Below, one piece after another: positions 1 through 9,600 of a DNA stretch of 64,000 nt. The notes below the pieces were generated by a model. It did not search any database and was not told the DNA's origin. It saw only the letters and a program-made list of their open reading frames with translations. The DNA is taken from the NCBI GenBank assembly GCA_965285935.1, contig OZ260663.1:93124001-93188000 (forward strand). The letters run 5' to 3'. The DNA is from Ophelia neglecta (lineage: Eukaryota). The position numbers and the translations under genes are program-made. Numbering within the stretch: position 1 is the first letter of the stretch; each line of letters starts with the position of its first letter.

Positions 1-240
1 TGTGCACAAATACTACGTAGAATAATGGACAAATACATATAATTACAGTGAATACCCTGTTGGAATACTTCGTTCTTGTCTTAGCGAAAATGGCGATTTG
101 GAAAACAACAGGAAGTCCTAGTAAGTATTGTGTCATTTATCAGTTATGGGAGAAGTCATCTGGAACCGAGTCCAGTCGCTCCTTGATTTCTGAATATTAA
201 AATGTGTGTCTACGAACAACTTATAATTGTGATATCGAGA

Positions 241-345
241 GCCGCAAGCGGAGCGAGTGATGCGCACTGCGTCGGCGCTGCGTTGACCACCCATTGCATT
301 GCGCCGCGGTACGGTGTGCATCGAGTTCTGATACTGACACTACCG
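241..345 (+). promoter_or_regulatory. Conserved upstream element, A1 copy
   Basis: GAGCGAGTG..GCGCACTGCG..CGCT-N7-CCACCCATTGC(287-297)..AGTTCTGATACTGACACT, ending ~130 nt before the ATG; shared by all paralogs. Confidence 0.8.
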
Positions 346-475
346 GTCTGTGAAGGAATACTTCGTTGAACACTGATATAAGGAGCGACAGATAATGATA
401 TGCGGATTAAAATAGGATTACAACAGGATGCTTTATGAAATAGTTCAGTGATTGGAATAAACACCGAATATTAGA

Positions 476-3400
476 ATGGATAAACTGCTGAAGGACTTCA
501 TACTAGGCGTTGTGATCATGGCAATATGGCTACCAACAGCGTGCTCGAGTAAGTAATGTAAATACATTATCATATTCCAAGGAACGCCATTTTGCGCAGT
601 AACCGAGCGTATTGCTCCGCGTGTTAGTATTGCACGGATTGATGGCATGCTTTTAGTGATCTTATCCGTTTTATACGGTTGCTTACAGTTCGGCTTTAAT
701 GCACATTTTTGTGTATGCAATGGACTATTTTTATTTGGGTCATGTTATTTATGTTGGGGAGGGGTGGGGGGGGAGGAACCAGGCACTTTGAACAAATAAC
801 TTTCTACGAGAGTAATATTTTGCATGATATGTATTGAATCAAAATACGTGTATTTTCACATATTTAGTATACAATTTCTCAGAAAAGTGTTATAATGTGT
901 GTTCCTATTGTCATTTACGAAATAAAATTATAAGCAGAATCTACTTAGCATGATATTTTTATAAATCAATCTAACACGATTTTCTTTTAGCATATAACTT
1001 GAGGCTGTCCAAAAAAACTTGGTGCTTGTATGCCCAAAATTAAGTAGAAGCTAACATAAATTTGATTGAAAGTTTATTGGCAAGTATTTCAACGTGTCCA
1101 ACTATTAGGCGTAGGTAAGGGAGTGGATAACCGACAGACAGCGTAAAATATATAATCAGGACGTATCTTTTAACACAGCCCAGAGTCCTTAGGTTCCATC
1201 AGCTGCATGTCCACAAAATTGATTTCCTTAACTTAATGAGCTGTATTTGATGTCATTTGTAATGGGATGAGGATGATTATTACATGAATGGCTATGGAGA
1301 GATTTGTTCATATAAACTGTCAAAGTATGCAGTAATATGATAAAAAACACTCATCGGTTGTATGATTCACCATTGTTGCTTAACGATTTTAGACAGCCCA
1401 CCGCTTGCACTTACTAAATTCCAGTATAATATTTTCAATACACATTTTAGTTGTTGTCTATTACGCTGTCTCGGAACAAAATCGAGGTTGTATAAACCAA
1501 AAACAATACATCCTGAGCATAGCCTGTATTTTTGCAGCAAGGAAAATAATGCGACCACTCGGTTGAAATTTACAGCATATATTACTAAAGTATGGCCAAA
1601 GGGTTTATTAATTGTCATTTGGTATGCAAAGGATTTCTCTAGAAAAAATAATATTCAACGTATTTAAAAAAAAAATTGACTGTCGAATTTCCGTATTGCA
1701 TCGCATTCAATGTAAAGAATTTTTTATATTTTCTTCGCCTGCCGGGAATCCATTCTCGTTTGTCCACATTGTAAATAGCCATGGAATATGTGGTTGCACA
1801 TTCACCTATTCCATGTTAGAACTCGACCCGCGGTGTGGTATATCATGTGATACATATAACTGCTAGTGCAGCGCATCATTGTCAATAGAAAATTCGCACT
1901 CTCTTTTAAAAAATGATATCATTCCATGTTTGGTTCAATGTATAAGGCTTGACTCATGTTTACTACACTATCATTGATCTTTCATTAGGTGCAAATAAAC
2001 AATTAAGGGGGACGTGAAATACTTTTATCGAGTCCCCAAAACAGTAAATACTACAAACTTAATCACGTCACATGTTCAGCAGATTTGTACTCCACTGTGT
2101 ATGATTAATTAAAAATGCATTTTATTTTCATAAATATCTTTTATTTTAAAACTTTAGTCCAAAAATAAACGAGGATAATGGATACATGGGCAGACAAACC
2201 AAATATGAGTAATGTTACCATACTATCGACAGGAAATTCAACAGCCCCCCCCCCTAATTGCAGGCTCAAACATCCAACCCCCCACCCCAACCCCCCTCCC
2301 CCTGTGCCGCCACCACCGAATCGTAACTAAATCCAAACCAGGGCATAATACAACTTGGCACAGTGTGTTAGAGTGAATCTAGTACGCTTTCATTGTGACT
2401 GAACTTAGTTTGATATATACGAATTACACACCAAGGGCCTGCTGATGTGTCTGATTGCATATTTTAATTACTGTAGCAATCTCATCAAGCAGTGTGTCAT
2501 GCGTAAATCTATTTTACACTATACATTTAAGTTTGAATTTCATAAAACTGTTGCGTTTGTAGATAAAACACCAACCTAAATATTGCTAATTAAGACTACC
2601 TCACTGCATAGAAAACAAAGCAACATGTTTATGAAAATTGATAGTTCCTTAGTATATTTATTGTTGAACAACCGATGTAATGAATAGTAGCTGAATACTG
2701 ATTAAGAATAAGCTGCCAGATGTCTTCCCAGGTTCTATAAACCGTTTTTTAACAAGTGTGTTAGCATTCCTGGAGGTTGACAATATAATCAAAGCTGATT
2801 TGAACAGCCACATCTTCCTGTTAATTCCGAACGGGTTTGGTCAGACAAAATAAATGCATTGCCTGCCCCTTTAGATACTAAGTGAAATTAAAGTTTCCGT
2901 TTCGTTTGAAGGAAGGGTCATTGCAAACGGCTCGGTATAGAGTAAGAAATCCCAACAATGTAGACCTTGTTTCAGGGAATCCATATGAATAACTCCGACC
3001 GCTATACATCCCATTAAATAATAATTAATACTAAGATTGTCATTCCAATTTTATTTTTTCTATTTCTTCAAAGTTGGTTCATCACGCAACCCACCGCTAT
3101 CGCACAGGCGTCTTTAATAACATCCTTAATTTGTTTTCATTTCCTGTGTAGGAGAAGATGAAATTTGTTTATGGAGTACATACGATGCTACCTGTGACGA
3201 AAACGAAGTTATTCAAATAGAGCAAGCGTCCTACGGACGGATGTCAGTAGGACGGTGCATCACTGAGGACGTAGCTATCAAGATGGGTTGTCAGGTGGAC
3301 GTGTTGAGTTACTTAGATACGGTATGCTCTGGCAGACAGTCGTGTCAGCTAAGACTACCGCAGGATCATCCAGCATCCGAATATCAACCTTGTCCACGAG

Positions 3401-6156
3401 GGTTGGAGTCATACCTACAGTTGAAATACAGCTGCATAACTGGTAAGGCAAACAAAAAAGGTTTTATATATATGAAAAATGGAATGATCATACAGTCCTT
3501 GGGAAATGGATATAGTATGCAACGGATACGGTGTTTACCGTACCCGATAAGGGGAAGTGCTCATACTAGCCTGGATATATAAACCTAGGTTTATGGCCCA
3601 ATGGTGTTGATTATTGTCCACGCAAACCCTGAATCGGACATACATCATTCTATGCCCATTGTCCGCCTAAAACGGTGATAAAACTCGCAAAATGTGATTC
3701 TCTGGTAAACAATTATGGTTGCCTTTACAGTTAATTGTACTTTTAATTACTCCAGGAAGCCATGGAAATAATCACTAGCACCTATTATGCAGTAAATCTA
3801 AACTAATAGTGACTTTGAAAGTCTTTGGACATAAAGACCAGCGTTTTGTTGTCATTGGGAAGTGAATGGTAATCCGTGATGCACCTAATGGCGATAAATC
3901 AGAATAAACACTGTAGATACCTCTTTTATGTATTTTTATTAGATTCATTACAAGCTTATTTACAGTTATTGGCCTTGGTTCTTCTAGCGGTTTCTAGTCT
4001 GATGGATTATTCTTGCTTAATGATTTTACATTTTTTATGGGTTATGCACAGCCCACTTTTCAATTAACTATCAAGAGGTTTCCTAAGTCTTTAGGTGTTA
4101 TAGACACATTGTTTCGTGCTATCATTGGGATATAATTATTATTCTAGTTAACGCTCCGCCACAGTCGTGCGCCAGTTATCCTATTCCGATCACGGGAACA
4201 TCTGGGTTGCTGGCTAATTTCATAACGGAACGAACTGGTCAGGGATCACAGGAATGTCCCTGGGAGATCCGGGGATCCCCCGGACAAAGAATCCGCCTCA
4301 TATTATATGATTACGGTGTGTGGACGCCTTCTTTGTCCCAAGGAAGCGAATCAGGGATCCATGACCTGGGAGTACGACAACCAGAGAAATCGGATATATG
4401 TCCCATATACGCCCGTGTTACGGAAGGTAAGTCAAGTTTAATCAAGTGATAACTGTGCCCTTCATAGCAATGCTTTTCGGTGTCTAATCAATTTGTTATA
4501 GTAATAATTTGTATACTTTTCTTTGACACTAGGCTCCGCTGAGAGTTCTATACCAATATGTGGGGGCGAGGCAAGGGAGAAAGTAGTATACCTCTCAGAG
4601 ACAGAGGAGCTGCAAATCGCGTTAACTGACCCCAAACACAGTCAGCATTCGGCGTATTTCCTGTTTCGCTACGAAAGTAAGTGAAACGTACTCATATTGA
4701 TTTTGAATAAAACAGTACTTCCCCTATCACATCATTTTACTAATCCCAGATGTATCCCGTCATGCGTAATACCACTGAATTGTTCTTATATCCTTTTAGT
4801 CATAGGATGTTTAACGTACACACCACCAGAGGGTGCTGTAATGGTGAAATATGAAAACTATATAACCGTAACGTGCCCTGATACCGGAAGTGAGTGGAAG
4901 GTGGTATGTGATGGCACAAGGTGGCAAACAGAAGGAAACGTCACAAACTGTACTGAGATTCGTAAGTGCACAAAAGAATAACGAGAAAAACTGCTTTACT
5001 TTTGATTCATATTAATTTATTTATATTCCGAAAAGCAATTATCTCAATTATATTTTAGTTCTTGAAAAAACGGAAGTGGATAAAACGGAAATACCGGTGC
5101 CCGGTGAAGCCCTATTGGAGGGTGGGCTTACCTTATCTCAAGGTGATGAACAAGCACGAGACGTTAGAATGTATGACAGCAATCATTAAAAACGTACCCT
5201 ATTTATTAAAATTCCTTTCTTGCTGTATATATATACACTATATGACTCTTATGGTTGTAGGTAACAGAAAGAACATAGTAATAATATATTGTTGTGTTCA
5301 CTTTTAAAATATATTCTTTTCAAATTCTCCAAATCCTGTTTGTCTCTGTCAGAGGAACTAAATAATACTTCTGTGTGTTTCCAGGACTCGTAATTGCATT
5401 CTTTTTATCAATTGCTGTACTCATAGCGGTCATTATTATGGTGATCGGCATTGTTGTTCTTCGAAGGTATGTGGTGCTTTTCGTCACAAGACTCTTTGAT
5501 CCGATTTACAATCGATTTAAATAAAATTAGTGTTTAACTAGTTTTCCTAGCCTGGCACACGTACAATAATGGGTTGATTTTGTATAAAAATAATAAACTC
5601 TGGGGCTAAACGAAAAAAAAAGAAACAATCGCCAACCTTTTATTCATAAACACGTCTTTGCAGGAGGCAAGATTCAAATATGGGATATAGCAGTAAGGAA
5701 CATTTCCCCATGCTAACAACAGATCAGCGGGAGCAGCAGTCTCTTCGGGACATTCCGGGTTATATTACTACCGCACACCGGCAGGCGGCTGTACCCCCGG
5801 GCGCCGGACCACCTCGTGGGAAATTACCGCCACTACCACCGCCACCGACGTCTTCGTTCACGGAAGTAGGCAACTGTACTATCCACGGGACATCAATCCT
5901 TGGCCGCTATTCGCAGGGTAGTGCCAATACAGCACAATCTTTAATCGATCATAATTTACCTAATGAGTGGACAAGTTCTTTACAGAGCAGGCGCAGTATT
6001 GGTAAAACGAAGAACCATTTCTACCATGAATTGGACCCTGAACATACCAATGTTCGTACCGGGGCTCCACTCGTTCATAAAGATTCCGACTTTGAGAGGT
6101 GTGACTTGGACGAAAACCTGGCCCCTCTTCCTGATGTACTATATGCGTCCTCATAA
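476..6156 (+). CDS. A1: type I membrane receptor, SP + SUEL lectin-like + CUB-like + sushi-like + TM + Tyr/Pro tail (~535 aa)
   Basis: Exons 476-548, 3152-3442, 4148-4426, 4533-4676, 4800-4961, 5059-5142, 5385-5466, 5664-6156. All introns GT-AG; total 1608 nt, in frame. SP MDKLLKDFILGVVIMAIWLPTACS; SUEL YGR..C..C..CSGRQSC..PC..YL..Y.C; CUB-like CPWEIRGSPGQRIRL..CGG..F...Y; TM GLVIAFFLSIAVLIAVIIMVIGIVVL-RR; tail PPLPPPP and HFYHELDP. Confidence 0.88.
585..593 (+). promoter_or_regulatory. YY1/Pho-type motif CGCCATYTT at intron-1 +36/37 (also at 6792, 17433, 34877, 40389, 49706, 58286)
   Basis: Matches the YY1 consensus CGCCATnTT; positionally fixed in all seven complete genes. Confidence 0.65.
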
Positions 6157-6530
6157 GGACACAGCTAGATGACGTTAAATAATGAAACTCTCGTCAATTT
6201 ACACTTGTGGTGTAAAATAATGCTAAATAGCCATTTCCAATCAAATAATATTCATTTATATTTATATAAATTATGGTGTGCACATTCATGAAGATTTAAA
6301 GTATATACTTTGCATGGATAATCTTCAATCAATTTCGGAGATGAAATATTTCTGGAACTTCCACTTGGATAGTTAAAAATTAAATGTGGGTGTAGCTCAC
6401 TCAAATGGCTAGGCTGCAATGATATTAAAAGCTGTAATATGTACATTTCGTTCGACCCGTCTTTCGATGCCATTTATCATGTTTATTGTAAATAGATATC
6501 ATTTAACTACTTTCGATGTGGCCAAAGTGA

Positions 6531-6635
6531 GACGCGAACGGAGCGTAAGATGCGCACTGCGCCGTCGCTATATGTACCACCCATTGCACTGCGCGGTGCC
6601 TCTGTGTACATCAAGTTCTGACACTGACACTAACA
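6531..6635 (+). promoter_or_regulatory. Conserved upstream element, B1 copy
   Basis: Core CCACCCATTGC at 6577-6587; AGTTCTGACACTGACACT downstream. Confidence 0.8.
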
Positions 6636-6683
6636 GTTTGTGCATAATACTTGGTGGAATAGTGGAAGTTACACACAATTACA

Positions 6684-9600
6684 ATGAACATCAAGTTGGA
6701 ATATATTATTCTATTCTTAGTGATTATGGCGATTCGAATACCTACAGGAAGCTCGAGTAAGTACTGCCTGTCATTGTTCAGTTAAAAGAAACGCCATCTT
6801 GAAAACATCAAAATCGGTCCTCGTTTTCAGATCAGATAAATACGTGGTAGCGAGTAATCCTATACAGTCCGTGCAATCATTGGAGTTTTACTTACGTTCA
6901 AATTGCCCCCCAATGTACTGTTGGGCGTGGACTGGACAAGGTTTTTGTTGGTTATGACGCAGTTAGAAATATGGTCAATCTGAGCACCTAGTACTATCTT
7001 CTAAGCAATGTATTATAATTTATTTCAAATAACATTGGCTCTACGCCCCTGAATGTATTTTTTCTGGTCCAAGCACGTTCGTTCCAACACAATACTTAGT
7101 GAATGACAATGAATAGCTAACAAACACGCAAAGTAAATTCTACCTGAAAGGCCACAATTATAGGCAAAAATTCAATTATTTTATTCCATAGATATTATCC
7201 CGTCTCCAATTCAATGCATAGCCAATACTTGTACTTGCCAAATAATATACATGATAACCAATGCATATTGCGTAAGATGTGAACTATGGCAAAATGAGTG
7301 CTATAAAACATTTAGATCCATTATCTATAAGTATTAAGCGCTTAATTATTTTAATAAATTATATATCACAATTTTATGCGTCTAAATTTTTATCTTTAGG
7401 ATTCAATTTGAATGTAAGTTAGTAAAATTTCTTTTACCAGTATCATTTATCCAGTATTATTAAGTCACAATCACATATTCGTTATTAACGGAACTAGGCT
7501 TTTTGAAAAGAGGCAGTGTGGACAAAAGAAAGTGTTTCTAGATGCAACTTGCTTAAATGCACTATTTTCACTTTGTGAAAGCTATAAGACAATAGTTTGT
7601 TGTAGGCTTACCGGAGAAAAAGTTTGGTTGTGGAAAGGGTGGGCTGTACCTCAAAGTTATATACAATGGAGTTGGCTGTTAATACTTGGGCAACTTTTAA
7701 TGTTCATTTTTTTCTGTACATTTTTCTTTATTGAAGTATTCTTCAATTAACGTTTAAAAATTAAGTTTTTGTCCTAAAATAAGTTCTTATTATAAAACTT
7801 GAATCTACATTAAAGAATATAACGGGTTTAAAAACAGATTTATTGGAATATCTATTTCCAATAGTACAACACGCGAAACAGCTTTTAGAATCCATTTTGT
7901 TTCTTAATTACCATTCAAACGTGCAAGCCTCAAAGCATTAGACTAAGAGTGCATGGCCTTTGACCGAGGAGAGTTTTATATACCGAGTAAATATGGCACA
8001 ATACGAACATATAGTACAACTGTATTACGCAAAATGTGCTTAGTACCTATCATGTTAACTCTCTGACACTTATCAATACTCCTAAATTTATCATAACCAT
8101 TTGTAGGAAACAACTATTTGATGGGCCAATGCAAGACTTATGCACGTAGTATAGTACATGGTTGCATAGAAAGTCTATATTACATGTAAATACTTGTCCT
8201 GTGGAGGGTTGTACTAAAATGCAGTCATATTTGTAAATTTTCACTAAGATCGCCATAGTTGACAAAATACCGCCCGTATACAAAGTGAAAGAAGTTATAA
8301 TCGGCATAAGATGCATACTAAAGATAATGTGAGCGAACCGATCCTTGTGTGAACTTCTAGCGTGGAATACTGTTCCGCCTTAGCTATCCTTCCAACAGCT
8401 CTTTACAACAATATCTGAGGTTAATTCTTACTTACATGTATCAGGTTGGTGGTATCAACAAGGATTAATTGGAAAAAAGTGAAGTCAGCCAATGTTTAGA
8501 ATATTTGCAGTACATTTTCTCACCTTTCTATGTACAGTTACGACCAGACAATCATTACTAGATAAAAGGGATGACAGTAAATTATCAAACATTCCACGAA
8601 CGTGAATTGTTAATAAAAAGAAAAGACATTGAATTAACGGTAACGGTGTTAAAGAAATAGCTACAATACATTATGGGATTTGATAGTTAAACCTAAGCCA
8701 CAATACGTTCAGAAAGCAGCCATTTAGTTAACTACCCAATCCAGGTCCCGGAACCTAGGGAGCCATGTATTGACTACAATGAAATATGTCGCAACGTTTC
8801 ATTGGTGGCCTATTGACAACTGGCACGATTATAATACACTGTTATTAAACAAATGGATTGCCCACAAACCGGTCAAAATTGCGAATACGTTTGGATCCAT
8901 GTGTGCCGCAATTAACGTATTGACATATAGATTCGACTATTAACTCTTTCAACAATACAGCCCTCTACAGAGGGCAGATACTCCTTAGTTACAGATACAC
9001 AAAGTTGAAGGGGTTAATAGTTTAGATACTGTATGTAGTTTGTAAATAAGCAAATTTAAACGCTGAGCACGTTCAATCTGACGAAAGTAGCTAGCTGGTA
9101 ACGCGTTGTAATTACACAAAATCAACCGCAAAAGCGATTCTTGCAACTTGTACAGCAAAGGTGTATGTTTTCATTAACTACTGATTGGGTTTAGAACTTT
9201 ATTTTCTGTTTGGGAGCTTGAGCTTAATTTATTGATGCGTGTGGAGCCGTGGCTGCTAGTTCCTGATGATTTCGGACCGACTATTATTGATCAATGATTT
9301 GGCTTTGTTGTCGGGTATCCACTCCAGGTTTTTACAGTGTACATGTATGAGTTGAATCGCCAATACTTCTCCTATGTTAACAGCATTAGTCATTGCACCA
9401 AGTAATACGGCTTTCATATCTCTACGAGCCTTTCAACAAGCATGCTAGAGCTATTGATCAATTTCAGTGGCAAGCATTGCCCTTGGCTGTTTTATTTAGA
9501 AACGATTAGTCATGCTGACCTAGATAAAGACTGGCATGTGGGATGATTACACATTGATACTAGATCTCTTACAAAAGTACAGGCAGGCAACTCAGTTGCT

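Noticed and set aside
264-300. CTCF or REST site in the upstream element
   Set aside because: Only GGCGCT (or ACAGCGCC on the minus strand) matches; the rest of each consensus fits poorly by eye. A PWM scan is needed, so it is not claimed.
255-340. Upstream element as a C/D-box snoRNA (GTGATG...CTGA about 70 nt apart) or tRNA-derived SINE
   Set aside because: The C-box-like word is not conserved (GTGCCG, GTGCGG, GTGCTG in other copies); no A/B boxes, tail or TSD; position is tied to gene starts.
133-720. Minus-strand and alternate-frame ORFs over the upstream element and exon 1 (also 6419, 17281, 34399-34696, 40115, 49513, 58107)
   Set aside because: Shadows of the conserved GC-rich element; start, stop and frame are not conserved between copies.
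476-6156. Naming the genes latrophilin/ADGRL or EVA1
   Set aside because: No GAIN or 7TM region; single SUEL followed by CUB-like and sushi-like modules differs from EVA-1. No symbol assigned.
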